DNA of 64,000 nucleotides, from the IMG/VR virus record IMGVR_UViG_3300028738_000008, one strand, 5' to 3'. Of this stretch, positions 18,633-29,151 are shown piece after piece. Origin of the DNA: a virus (taxonomy: Duplodnaviria > Caudoviricetes). Positions within the stretch are counted from its first letter, which is position 1; each line of letters begins with the position of its first letter. The notes below the pieces were generated by a model. The model saw only the letters and a list, made by a program, of their open reading frames with translations. It was not told where the DNA came from and did not search any database. The position numbers were made by a program, and so were the translations under genes.

Positions 18633-20570
18633 TTATTTACCATCTGGCAACTTTATATTTTTGGCGAATTCGCCAACATCATTAAGATCACCGTTAATCA
18701 GTTCGTCAATTTCGTTAATCATTTCAATTGCATTATTGTTAGACTCATTCAATTCGTTTTCATAAAGAACCTGTGGATTTGATTCGCTTTTTAGCTTATG
18801 TCCATATACAAGCTTCTCAACTCTTTCATCAAATTCTGTTTCAGACATTAATTTCCTTTTACCAACACTTTCAGCTTCAATCGGTGGAAGTTCTGCAGGT
18901 GTTTGATTCGGTAAACCTGCTGCTGGTGGCGGCATTTCGCCTTCACCGCCGCCCATATCATTCATATTGATTGGTGGCATACCACCGCCGCCAGCTGGTG
19001 CTCCACCTTGCTCGGTGTTGCCGCTAGCGACTGATGCTATTGCAGTTGGGTCACCATATCGTTTATCAATGTCTGCAAATAAACCTGATTTCTTAATCGT
19101 AACAGGAGCATCAGCAAATTCTTGCATGATAACCTTCTCCATTTTCTGTTGTTTCAAATCTTCAACGATTTCTCTGTCAGTCATATTGAACAACATTCTC
19201 TTTGCGCCTGTATGTGACATTGCTGCGATACCACCTTCTGACCTTGTAAGTTCAGTATATGTTTGAGACTTTTCTCTTAGTAATTCAGATTTCTGAATAT
19301 CTAATTGAGTTGATGGATTTGTTAGCGTTAATGTGAAATCATTAAAATCTTCGGTGCTATAACCTAAAAGATATAAATGAATCATACCCATTTTGGTTAA
19401 CTCTTGAACCATTGCCTGCTGAATTCTATTTACCTTTTTAGCAAATCTAATATCAAACTGTGATACGTTTTTACCGCCGCCACTAGCATCCTGAAATGAT
19501 AGAAATGGTTTTGGAACGCCAAGTCCCATGAATAAATTATCTCTCAGATATTCGATATCATGAATATCATTAAGGTTTGTGGCCCCTGGTAATGTGTCAA
19601 TTCCAGTCTGAGTGTTAGCGTTTCTAACAGGTAAAAAGTAATCTTCATCGTTACCTAGAATGTTGAATCTATAGTCAATTTGACCATCATTGGGAGAAAC
19701 CTGCTGTACCTTTTTAAATTTGGTAGCAACTTTATACATATATTCTTCAATATCGTCGTCATCAATGTTTCCGACGTCGATTTTAAATACCTTTTTTTCA
19801 CCTGCACGAATGATTCTATATGTAAGCATGGCATCCTCTGCCATTATAAGCTGTCTAAAAACTCTTCTAACTTTGTTTAGTAGTGATGAACCATACGGAA
19901 TATATTTGTCGTCTCCAAGCAGTCTAAAGTGCGCTATTTCAAATGCATTGAATTCATCGCCAGTCATTCTTTCTTTGAAAAGAATACTAGATTTGCCATT
20001 GATAATTCTTTCAGTTCTTTCTATTTCAAAATTTACCATTTGCTTGATCGCTGTGATACCCTTTTTTCTTTCGCCCAGCATTAATACGAAATTGTCGCCA
20101 TATTTACAAGTATTTCTTGTCCAGAATGGAAGATTCGTGTTAACGTTTAGAATATTGTAGTAGAAATCCTCTAAAAGGTATTTAATACGATCCTTATTCG
20201 AATAAATGTTTAGCATTTTACCATCCAAGCCTATTGTGGTTGCTTCTTCCATAAATAAATCAAGTGCACTTGAAATAATTGGGTAATATTCCATACCCTC
20301 ATAGTCCATATATGCTGGCAACCTAGCTGATTCATATTGTAAAGCTTTCTGATAGTTTCTATCAGTCGTTTTTGTGAATTTATTTATAAGACTTCTCTTC
20401 TGTTCAAGCTCAAGTCCCTTTCTTTGAACCTCTTCTGGCGAATTACCCTTTATAATTACTTTATTGTTCTTTACATCACGCTCAACACCTGTGGTAATAC
20501 CAAAACCGTCAAAATTGAAGATACCATTTAGCTTTTGATATACTGTTCCTTTGTCCTTATCTTTTTCCAT
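18633..20570 (-). CDS. portal protein, T4 gp20 family
   Basis: LIMAEDAMLTYRIIRAGEKKVFKIDVGN, EDYFLPVR, TGIDTLPG, DIEYLRDNLFMGLGVP. Confidence 0.94.
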   Translation of the reverse strand: MEKDKDKGTVYQKLNGIFNFDGFGITTGVERDVKNNKVIIKGNSPEEVQRKGLELEQKRSLINKFTKTTDRNYQKALQYESARLPAYMDYEGMEYYPIISSALDLFMEEATTIGLDGKMLNIYSNKDRIKYLLEDFYYNILNVNTNLPFWTRNTCKYGDNFVLMLGERKKGITAIKQMVNFEIERTERIINGKSSILFKERMTGDEFNAFEIAHFRLLGDDKYIPYGSSLLNKVRRVFRQLIMAEDAMLTYRIIRAGEKKVFKIDVGNIDDDDIEEYMYKVATKFKKVQQVSPNDGQIDYRFNILGNDEDYFLPVRNANTQTGIDTLPGATNLNDIHDIEYLRDNLFMGLGVPKPFLSFQDASGGGKNVSQFDIRFAKKVNRIQQAMVQELTKMGMIHLYLLGYSTEDFNDFTLTLTNPSTQLDIQKSELLREKSQTYTELTRSEGGIAAMSHTGAKRMLFNMTDREIVEDLKQQKMEKVIMQEFADAPVTIKKSGLFADIDKRYGDPTAIASVASGNTEQGGAPAGGGGMPPINMNDMGGGEGEMPPPAAGLPNQTPAELPPIEAESVGKRKLMSETEFDERVEKLVYGHKLKSESNPQVLYENELNESNNNAIEMINEIDELINGDLNDVGEFAKNIKLPDGK

Positions 20571-20646
20571 TTTTATAAAATATTATAATTTTCTATAAAT
20601 ACTTGAATTTATCGTAAAGTATCAATATATAAATAGTATTTCTTTT

Positions 20647-23142
20647 TTATTTTTGTTTTATGCCGCTAAATAGCCATGCATTTACAATATAAGGATTTAA
20701 GGGCGATGAACTATTCGGAGATATCTTTGGCACAGGCTTCTCACCTCTTTGTTCGCTAATAACCTTTATATCATTGGCAGACAAAATAGATTTTAACATT
20801 TGCTCAGTCGTGCTATTACTTTGTTTAAATCTAGCCATATCAAAGTTGATAACATATAGTCCAATTGACAGTCCCATAATTGAGTCATCGTGAAATGATC
20901 TCTTATGGTCTGCAACACGATTTCCAGCAACAGTAACAAATGTCTTCAATTCCATTAATAATCTTGTTGATCTGATTATAATATCCTCTAAGTGAATCGA
21001 TCTTTGAAGCTCTAATAGCACTGATGCTCTGTTATTTCCTATGAAAAAACCTGGAATTAAGTCAACATAAATAACAGCACCATCTGTCATAGATTTCTGA
21101 CCTTTCTTAATGTATCCCTGTAAACGATCTCTCGACGGTTTATGAGATACTTCGGCATAGTGTACATTGTCATAGCCAATCTCCAATAATTTTTCAACAG
21201 CTTGCACACCATAGCCACCAGTTATATCCACGACAACATAAGCATTATTATAAGCCTTTCCATATTGGTATACGATTTCTGCAAGACCTTGCGGCACTAT
21301 TTTACCATAATATTCGGCAACCTGTTCTATTTTAAATTTCTTTAACTTGACTTCCTTTGTCTTACCATTTTTTGTGATCATTTTCTTTTCAATATATTCA
21401 TTACGTTTAAGTATATTGATTGTTGAATTATCCTCTCCATGGCCTGGCGATGCATCGACAGCTAGAACATATTGTTCCTCTGGAATAGGATCTTCAAATA
21501 TCCACATATTCTTATCGGTATATTCCTGACGTATTGGAACTCTAACCTCATGATCCTGTATTCTTTTTAGATATTCTTCGTCAATAAAGTTATCGCCAGA
21601 ACCTAAGAATGAACAATTATGATTTGAAATATTGTTGGCAAAATATTCACATCCCTCTGAATCAATAATATCATAAAACTCTGTTTCATCGCACGGCTCA
21701 ATCGATTTTACGAATGAATCTTCATAAATAGTAGTAAGATATGACACATCTGGTATTAATGAATTTAATGGCATATTCTTACCATTAGCTAGAAATATAT
21801 GATCCTCACTCACTACAATCTGATCATCGGTCGCCAATGAAACTTTAAATCCGTTGTTTTTATATTTTTTATCAACGCCATAAAATTTCGAATATCCATT
21901 TGTGGTGAAAATTTCAAGTCTGCTGTTTATATTTATACTTGACGTTAAATGAGGCAAATTGTTATATAACTCGGAAATGCTTAAATTAATCACATCCAAG
22001 GTTGCAACATCTCTTATGGTTACAATTGAATCTTTCCCAACACATAAAATTTCCTGAGCAATTTTTTTCATGTCACCGTTGGCGTCTCTTACCTGTTCCT
22101 CAAACCAAGGTGATGAAGCTTCCCAGCCGTCATCCATTAATTTGATTCGATAGTCGTCAGCCCAATTATCGTCAACTAGCTTAATCTCAGTATCCTTGTT
22201 CTTGTTTTTCAGCCAAACAAGGTCTTTATTATATCGTGGATCATTATACCACCATAATTCAATTGCATTAAAGTTATTTTTTTCTTCCTTTTTTCTAGCA
22301 CCCTCAAATGTTTTATAGAAAACGGGGTCTAAGCCAGATGGCGTGCTTACCATAATAGTACTACCCCCTGTACTCATAGTAGGTCTGGCAGCAGTCCAAA
22401 ATTTATCAGATTTTTCAGTCCAAGCAGTTTCATCCCAAAACAATAGTGTTGGAGTTGTACCACGAAGTCCACTCTTAGCTGAAAATGCACCCAATGCGGA
22501 GTTATTATCATAACGTTTTAACTTCTGAGTATCTTTGTAGTTCTTTTCAGCACCAGCCATTTTACCTGTTTTCGGTCTAAGCCAGTCAGGACAGCCGTCA
22601 ATGAATTCAACAACGTCATTCATTAACTCGTCACGAGCAGTTTCAAGTTTATCGGCAACAATCGCTGCCGTTCTATTACTATTAAACATCACATACCAAG
22701 CAATGAATGCACATGTTGCTGTAGAAATACCTGCCTGTCTATATTTATTAGCAATATTATATCGGAATGATAAATATGCTTTAATTAATTTACGCTGAAA
22801 AGGAAATAATTTAAAAGGAACAATTCGACCAGCAAGCCCTTGCGTCTGGTCAAAAATTGTTAAATAGGTCTCAATAAAATAGGCTGGGTCAGAAGTACAT
22901 CTTACGATTTCGCATTTCTTTTCAGCCATATTAAGTTCACTGGCTTTTTTTATTGTTCCGTTTGTTGTTATGATAACTGGTTCAACCTTACCGCCAGATT
23001 TTCTTAGCTCCTTGGCTAATTTTCTTAATTCGTCTTTTTTTATCTGTTCGCTAGCACTTGATAAAGCGACAGCTGGTATATGGTCTGGGAACTGATTATT
23101 ATCAATTTCCGAATTATCATCATTATTTCTTTTTGTAGCCAT
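20647..23142 (-). CDS. terminase large subunit containing an intein
   Basis: KYRQAGIST (Walker A), LLFWDETAW (Walker B), VSTPSG, nuclease motifs VDASPGHGED and FHDDSIM. Confidence 0.95.
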   Translation of the reverse strand: MATKRNNDDNSEIDNNQFPDHIPAVALSSASEQIKKDELRKLAKELRKSGGKVEPVIITTNGTIKKASELNMAEKKCEIVRCTSDPAYFIETYLTIFDQTQGLAGRIVPFKLFPFQRKLIKAYLSFRYNIANKYRQAGISTATCAFIAWYVMFNSNRTAAIVADKLETARDELMNDVVEFIDGCPDWLRPKTGKMAGAEKNYKDTQKLKRYDNNSALGAFSAKSGLRGTTPTLLFWDETAWTEKSDKFWTAARPTMSTGGSTIMVSTPSGLDPVFYKTFEGARKKEEKNNFNAIELWWYNDPRYNKDLVWLKNKNKDTEIKLVDDNWADDYRIKLMDDGWEASSPWFEEQVRDANGDMKKIAQEILCVGKDSIVTIRDVATLDVINLSISELYNNLPHLTSSININSRLEIFTTNGYSKFYGVDKKYKNNGFKVSLATDDQIVVSEDHIFLANGKNMPLNSLIPDVSYLTTIYEDSFVKSIEPCDETEFYDIIDSEGCEYFANNISNHNCSFLGSGDNFIDEEYLKRIQDHEVRVPIRQEYTDKNMWIFEDPIPEEQYVLAVDASPGHGEDNSTINILKRNEYIEKKMITKNGKTKEVKLKKFKIEQVAEYYGKIVPQGLAEIVYQYGKAYNNAYVVVDITGGYGVQAVEKLLEIGYDNVHYAEVSHKPSRDRLQGYIKKGQKSMTDGAVIYVDLIPGFFIGNNRASVLLELQRSIHLEDIIIRSTRLLMELKTFVTVAGNRVADHKRSFHDDSIMGLSIGLYVINFDMARFKQSNSTTEQMLKSILSANDIKVISEQRGEKPVPKISPNSSSPLNPYIVNAWLFSGIKQK
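21616..22044 (-). mobile_element. 143-aa mini-intein without endonuclease domain in terminase
   Basis: Starts CVGKDS, has block-B-like SEDHIF and block-F FYDIID, ends ISNHN followed by Cys; splicing restores QEILCSFLGSG. Confidence 0.88.
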
Positions 23143-23151
23143 GCCGATTGT

Positions 23152-23634
23152 TTAAAATTTGATTGATGACACCTCAACAAAATTATCGTTCCGTAAGATT
23201 ATTTTTCTGGCACTGAATATTTCTTTTACTCTGGCTAAAGTCATTCCATAATGAAATACCAACAATGGCTGATCTTCGTCATCTTCCATCAATTTTTCAA
23301 ATTGGGTATAACCATTATCACTTGTTCGTTCGGTTTCATATGCTAATGCGTGAATTGTATGAACACCATGCATATATTCTCTGGTAACGTCTTCATGTAA
23401 ACAGAATAAGTCAAACGTTGACGTTTTTAAGCCTATTACAGCCCCGATATAGTCTTCGGTAGGTGGTATTGCATTATCGTAGGCTGGAATCAAATCCCAA
23501 CACCATTCCTTAATATTAATATTCGTAGGATCATTGGAGAAAATAAACTCGAACATTCCTTCGTCTTTCGAATTATATCCGATTTTCAATACATAGATTA
23601 ATTTAAGACCTTCTTCGTCATATACAGTTGCCAT
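23152..23634 (-). CDS. hypothetical protein
   Basis: 160 aa ORF whose stop abuts the terminase start. Confidence 0.7.
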   Translation of the reverse strand: MATVYDEEGLKLIYVLKIGYNSKDEGMFEFIFSNDPTNINIKEWCWDLIPAYDNAIPPTEDYIGAVIGLKTSTFDLFCLHEDVTREYMHGVHTIHALAYETERTSDNGYTQFEKLMEDDEDQPLLVFHYGMTLARVKEIFSARKIILRNDNFVEVSSIKF

Positions 23635-23689
23635 AAGATTACTTTTATATTAAATAGTATTAAATTCATTTTATTACAATTTTTTATAA

Positions 23690-23724
23690 AAAACAAATGC
23701 CTCTATATAAGAGGCATTTGTTTA
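23690..23724. terminator. intrinsic terminator
   Basis: AAACAAATGCCTCT-ATATA-AGAGGCATTTGTTT. Confidence 0.75.
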
Positions 23725-23740
23725 AAACATATACGATTTG

Positions 23741-26092
23741 TTATTTTATACTAAGCTTTTTAAAATCCGCATACTGACTTTCGATCAGTTTGTCTAATTG
23801 TTTCAATTTTGGAGATTTAGCACTTTCGTTTAGAGTAGCTTTTTTCAAACCAGCAATTTCGAGTAAATGATTTTTAACATATTTTCTCAATTTTGTTTCT
23901 GATTCGCTCATAGATACTTTACCTTTAGCTAAAGCTGCCGCTACAATTGATGCGGAGTTTCCTTTTTCGCCGCCATTTGGTGTTTTAGCTACGCTTGTAA
24001 CTGCCCCAGCTTTCTTAGCAGTTCCTTTTGCTAATGAGGATGCTACAACAGATGCTGAATTTCCCTTTTCACCGCCAGCTGGTGTTTTAGCCACGCTTGT
24101 TACAGGAGTTGTTTTCTTAGCAGTTCCTTTAGCCAATGCTGCTTTAACATCCGATGCGTCTTCGGAAATTTCTTCTTTTTCGCCATCCTTTTTACCGAAA
24201 TCTGGTTTCTGACCTTTAACAAATGTAGGTTTCGCACCCTTTTTTTCATCTTTAGGTTTATCATCCTTTTTACCAAAGTCTGGTTTTTGACCTTTAATGA
24301 ATGTAGGCTTTTTACCTTCATTCATTTTTACATTAACAGTTTTTGACTGAGCATTAACATCAACAACAACGCCAGTTTCAGCACCCATTGAAATAGGTTC
24401 TGTTGTAGCCATTGGTGATGGATTAACTGCTCCCAATGATTGAGAATCAGTTGCGAACATACTATCCTCAGCAGGAGTTTCAATAGGTGCGCCACTTGTA
24501 ACAGCAGTAACATCATCAACATCGTCTACGTTTGCATCGGTATCGCCTTCTGCACCCAAATCAAGATCGCCAAGCGCACTAAGATCATCAATGTTATCAT
24601 TATCATTTTCAACTTCGTCGTCTTCGGTTTCATTGATTTTTTTTGGTTCGGCTACAACCACGTAACCAGCATCATTTCCAAATACATGGTTTACGCCAGC
24701 ATTCATCTTTTTAGCATAGGCATCGGCTTCATCCTTTGTAAGGAAAGATTTCTTCAATGTACCTTTATCTTCTGTCTTAAATTTGTCTTTTTTGAAATAT
24801 ACTTTAAATTTCTGATCGTTTTCTTCTTTGATTAAAGTATTTCCAGTGCTAACGGCGGCTTTCTTACCAATTTTTGCAACTTTCCAACTTTCAGCAATCT
24901 TTAATTGTTTGTCTTCGTCAGTGGCTTCGCTTAGTTTCATGATTTCTGGTTTCAGAACCTCATTAACATAATCCTCATGACCATATTCTTCGACTAATGA
25001 TTCATTAACCTTTGGATTGGTATATAAAGACACTGTTTCAGCATCACCGTTATTTTTACCTTCTTTATGTGCATTAGCATAACCAGAAATAAGACTTCCC
25101 ATTTCGTCGTCGCCGCATTCCATAATGCTTTCCTGTGTATAACCACGAGATTCAGCGTACTGTGTAAATCCACCGCATTCTGAGCAAGTTTCTTCGCCAA
25201 CTTCGGCAGTTTCGTCAACCTCAGTTTCGTCTGGCATACTATCTTCAAGGTCTTTTTCACCTGAGTCATTAATTTTCATTAACTTGTTGGCAAGTTCTTT
25301 TCTATCTTCAACCTCAATTTCGGGTAGTTTTTCTTTAAACGATGAAATCAATGAAGCTAAAAATGATTTGCTTTCTTCTGGAGTCATATCGGCTTTTCTA
25401 ATAGTATTGGTTAATTTGCCAATTGCTTTTTCAATTGCTTTGTTACCATCAACGCCAACTTCATCACCTTCTGCACCAGCAGGTTCATCACCTATTTCGC
25501 TTCCGTCACCCATGTCATCGCCCATTTCGCCGCCAGCACCCATATCACCAGTACCAGTGTTCATATCGTCGCCCATACCAGCTTCGCTTCCGTCACCCAT
25601 ATCGCCAGCACCCATGTTGCCGCCATCATTTGCTGTGATCTCTGGTGAGCTTTTTTCAGCAGCCGTAGCAGCTTCTAAAGTGTCCAAAGAAGCTTCGGCA
25701 TTCTTAATATGTTCGCCAGCAACATCTTCGCTTATAATCATTTTACTTACAGATGCGTTGACGCGAATACCAGCTGACTGATTCATTTCAGCGATCATAT
25801 AGTTTCTTTGTTTTTCAGATTCAGCAAGAGTATGAAACTGATATGATGTGATATTCTCAAGACCACCGATATAGCAAAAGTCTGATGCGTCAAGGTTTTG
25901 TTTAGTTCCGCCTCTTTTAATATAATAATTGTGGTTTTCCTTTACAATACCAAAAGCGACGCCGTCGCTGTTTCTCTCAATGTCAATTAGTGTACCGATA
26001 TTTCTGTCGTTAGATTTTGATTTAAAATCCTTAATATCAGATAATTCTTGGAGTCTGTTGCAAAACGCCTCTTTAGATGTATTTTTTTTCAT
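23741..26092 (-). CDS. acidic low-complexity putative internal head protein
   Basis: 783 aa; G/D/M-rich tract; duplicated LAKGTAKK....VAKTP.GGEKGNSAS segment; several xxE sites such as TLNES. Confidence 0.6.
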   Translation of the reverse strand: MKKNTSKEAFCNRLQELSDIKDFKSKSNDRNIGTLIDIERNSDGVAFGIVKENHNYYIKRGGTKQNLDASDFCYIGGLENITSYQFHTLAESEKQRNYMIAEMNQSAGIRVNASVSKMIISEDVAGEHIKNAEASLDTLEAATAAEKSSPEITANDGGNMGAGDMGDGSEAGMGDDMNTGTGDMGAGGEMGDDMGDGSEIGDEPAGAEGDEVGVDGNKAIEKAIGKLTNTIRKADMTPEESKSFLASLISSFKEKLPEIEVEDRKELANKLMKINDSGEKDLEDSMPDETEVDETAEVGEETCSECGGFTQYAESRGYTQESIMECGDDEMGSLISGYANAHKEGKNNGDAETVSLYTNPKVNESLVEEYGHEDYVNEVLKPEIMKLSEATDEDKQLKIAESWKVAKIGKKAAVSTGNTLIKEENDQKFKVYFKKDKFKTEDKGTLKKSFLTKDEADAYAKKMNAGVNHVFGNDAGYVVVAEPKKINETEDDEVENDNDNIDDLSALGDLDLGAEGDTDANVDDVDDVTAVTSGAPIETPAEDSMFATDSQSLGAVNPSPMATTEPISMGAETGVVVDVNAQSKTVNVKMNEGKKPTFIKGQKPDFGKKDDKPKDEKKGAKPTFVKGQKPDFGKKDGEKEEISEDASDVKAALAKGTAKKTTPVTSVAKTPAGGEKGNSASVVASSLAKGTAKKAGAVTSVAKTPNGGEKGNSASIVAAALAKGKVSMSESETKLRKYVKNHLLEIAGLKKATLNESAKSPKLKQLDKLIESQYADFKKLSIK

Positions 26093-26187
26093 TATAAAAT
26101 TTTTATCGTTTTTATTTCTTATTTACTAAGTTTCTTATAAATAGTTTATTTTTTAGTAAAATAAACATTATTTTTATATTATTTATT

Positions 26188-26955
26188 TTACTGATCTAAA
26201 GTGAGTTCGTAATCAATACGTTTATTTTTTTCATCGATTAGTTTTTTCAGATAACCATTATTTCTCAAAATCTTGAAGACCAGATTTTCCACAGAGTACT
26301 CGCCATTAGTATCTAAGCCTGCCTGTCTATAGTTTTTTAGCTTATGCAAGAACTTAGTATAGGTTTTATAGAATAGTTCATTATCCTTTATATTGCCAAG
26401 TTCGTCAATTGCTTGCATTATATCGTTGGCTTTAGTCATAACTGTTTTAGTATCAATATTCACAATTTTCTTCAACGGTTTAGCAATCCATTCGTTTTTG
26501 ATCAGAGAATACATTCCAGTTGATTTGTGAGGTTCATCAGTATCTTGAACATAAATCTCAACGTCGTATCCTTTAATAGTAATGTCATGTTTATTAGCCC
26601 ACAAGTCTTTTTTTAATTTAAAATAGTCTCTGACGAATTCCTCATTATCAGAGATTTGATCAAAATCTAGTACGATATGAATATCAATATCCGAAGTAGC
26701 ATTATAATTAAAATTTGCCATACTACCTGTGAGAATAATATCATTATATTTCATTGACTCAATATCACAGAACTCAATAAATCGTCTGGCATTCAATAAT
26801 AACTGTTTTCTAATCTCTGGTCGTAAAGCACCTCTCTCATCCCATATCACAGGATTTAGAGTTGTTTGCATTTTTAAGGAGTTGATATTTACCTCTTCTG
26901 GCTCTAATACTTCCTTAATTAATTCTGTAACATTATCCTTATTAATACGATTCAT
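26188..26955 (-). CDS. Pol-beta superfamily nucleotidyltransferase
   Basis: DIILTGSMANFNY..TSDIDIHIV (GS...DxD) plus third Asp in YDVEIYVQD. Confidence 0.85.
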   Translation of the reverse strand: MNRINKDNVTELIKEVLEPEEVNINSLKMQTTLNPVIWDERGALRPEIRKQLLLNARRFIEFCDIESMKYNDIILTGSMANFNYNATSDIDIHIVLDFDQISDNEEFVRDYFKLKKDLWANKHDITIKGYDVEIYVQDTDEPHKSTGMYSLIKNEWIAKPLKKIVNIDTKTVMTKANDIMQAIDELGNIKDNELFYKTYTKFLHKLKNYRQAGLDTNGEYSVENLVFKILRNNGYLKKLIDEKNKRIDYELTLDQ

Positions 26956-27061
26956 ATCAAAATATTTATTGTTTGGTTTCTCAACGTAATTTTTTATTAT
27001 AAATACTGTCCCACAATATAATAAATTAGTATTTATATATTAAATACATTTAAGCAATAAA

Positions 27062-28762
27062 ATGGATATAAATAGAGAGTTGGTAAACAGTTTAGCTGTG
27101 AATATAGATATCTGCGATAGCGGATCATGGAACTTCGGTAATGAATACATTATTAAGAGTATTAATGGCTTAAGTAATGTAACTGTAAATGCATTAACTT
27201 TACCTGATTTTGGCTTAACTGCAATCGACAATGGTAGAGTTTCACATATTGGCGATGGTTTCTACATTGATCCGTCAGACAATAAAATGATTATGGATCG
27301 TGTTGGGTATTATTCAGTATCTGGCGATAGTATTAACTATGACGGTTACGAGTTAAATGCCGTAACAGGAACATCTGTTGGTAACTACATGAGCTTGGTA
27401 AACGGCTATTTTCAAGGCTTTTTCAAGCTGGACGGCTATGACTACGAATTACTTCCATCGAGATATAATGATGGCATCACAATTGAAACGCTAATCGAAA
27501 TACTTCCCCAAAGTGCTGGCATATTTTACCTAATGGGCTTAAGAGCAGAGGATAAATATTCACAGGCATATTTCGGAGAAACTATAACCGTTAGTGGCAC
27601 GACAATACTATACAACGCAAAAGAAACTGGCTATACCTATACTTTATCTGGTATAACTACATCCAAATTACATTATCTTGCTGGATATGATAAGCTTGAC
27701 GCAACATACACATCATTTAGACAGCCAGAAGAATACGCTGTCGTTGTTGATATTGACACAATGCAAATTGATAACATCAAGAATAATATAATTGCTTTCG
27801 AAATTACTTCTGATAAACGAATCGGAATACGATATGTCAATGCACAGGGCAATGTGATGTATGTTGTATCACCGAATATTATTAGCAGAATCGGATGGTC
27901 TTTAATAGATATCGTCTTCACTCCTGATAGCATAATTCAGAATTATGATCCGAATAAAGCACAATGCTATGCTCAAAGAAAGGGAACGTTAAGCATTTAT
28001 ATCAATGGTGGCTTATTCTGGGGAATATCTGATTTCGATGAATTCTATTTTAGAGGATTGAAAAATGACGATGAAAAACAATTGGGTGTACCATATAATA
28101 TAAGCTGGGGTGGCGGATCATTCGGATTGAAACATTCGTTACATTATACTGACTTTGATAAGACTTCTTTAACTCTTGACCCATCGAAATACGATCAACT
28201 TATCGAACACAATTTCAATAGTTCTTATATCGGTAATATTCAGAAGCTTAGAATTTATAATAAGGCATTAGCAAATAATGAGGTTAGACAAAATGCCATT
28301 ATTTTAGCGTTATCCAATTCGGCTTATGATCTCTCTGTAATAAATGGCGGTAGATTAATCAGACGATTAAATCAGCCAGTAACATTTACACAGATAAATG
28401 CAGGCTCAGATATTAGAAAGTCTATAAAATACAGGAATATTGACGGTACATATAAAAATTTATCGGATATGCTTGATATAAAGGTCGTAATTAAGAGTAG
28501 AAATAACCCAAGCGTTGAGTTGGCTAAATATAAGAAAGCTTCTGAGGCTGGATGGAGACCATTAATATATGTTAATGATTTCATCTATGACTTTATTGTT
28601 CCGAATGAGATCACGTCGCCGCATAGCAATGAGATATTGTTCGCAGAGATAAAATTTCAATGGACAGATATTAGCGATATTGATGATGGTATATTTGATA
28701 GAATATTTGTTATTAATATTACAAATATAGAATTAAACGATAACAGTGTTAAAAATTATTAA
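27062..28762 (+). CDS. structural protein with LamG/concanavalin-like domain
   Basis: WSLIDIVF...GTLSIYING and YIGNIQKLRIYNKAL...EV. Confidence 0.55.
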   Translation: MDINRELVNSLAVNIDICDSGSWNFGNEYIIKSINGLSNVTVNALTLPDFGLTAIDNGRVSHIGDGFYIDPSDNKMIMDRVGYYSVSGDSINYDGYELNAVTGTSVGNYMSLVNGYFQGFFKLDGYDYELLPSRYNDGITIETLIEILPQSAGIFYLMGLRAEDKYSQAYFGETITVSGTTILYNAKETGYTYTLSGITTSKLHYLAGYDKLDATYTSFRQPEEYAVVVDIDTMQIDNIKNNIIAFEITSDKRIGIRYVNAQGNVMYVVSPNIISRIGWSLIDIVFTPDSIIQNYDPNKAQCYAQRKGTLSIYINGGLFWGISDFDEFYFRGLKNDDEKQLGVPYNISWGGGSFGLKHSLHYTDFDKTSLTLDPSKYDQLIEHNFNSSYIGNIQKLRIYNKALANNEVRQNAIILALSNSAYDLSVINGGRLIRRLNQPVTFTQINAGSDIRKSIKYRNIDGTYKNLSDMLDIKVVIKSRNNPSVELAKYKKASEAGWRPLIYVNDFIYDFIVPNEITSPHSNEILFAEIKFQWTDISDIDDGIFDRIFVINITNIELNDNSVKNY

Positions 28763-28765
28763 ATT

Positions 28766-29116
28766 ATGGGAACTATGTCTGGAGATTTAATATTGAGTGA
28801 TAGTCATGAGAATGTATTAGAGTTTGTTGATATTATGCCAGTATCTTCTGGTATGCGTGACGGAAATTCAGGTATTATTATTATTAGTAATAGCCCAAAT
28901 ACAGAAATGCAAATAAGTCCAGTGCATTATTTCAGATTTGAACAAAGTATTCCCTCAGATATCTGGCACATATTGCATACTATGAATAAAAAGCCATCGG
29001 TAACAATCACAGATAGTGCTGGATCAGTTGTTGAGGGAGCTATACAATATATTGATAATTATAATATTATCGTAACATTTTCAGCTGGTTTCAGTGGATT
29101 TGCTGAACTAAATTAA
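28766..29116 (+). CDS. small tail/fibre-associated protein
   Basis: WHILHTMNKKPSVTITDSAG...Y...N.I.V.F pattern. Confidence 0.55.
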   Translation: MGTMSGDLILSDSHENVLEFVDIMPVSSGMRDGNSGIIIISNSPNTEMQISPVHYFRFEQSIPSDIWHILHTMNKKPSVTITDSAGSVVEGAIQYIDNYNIIVTFSAGFSGFAELN

Positions 29117-29151
29117 AAATAATACATGAAAAAATAAAACAAGAAATACTT

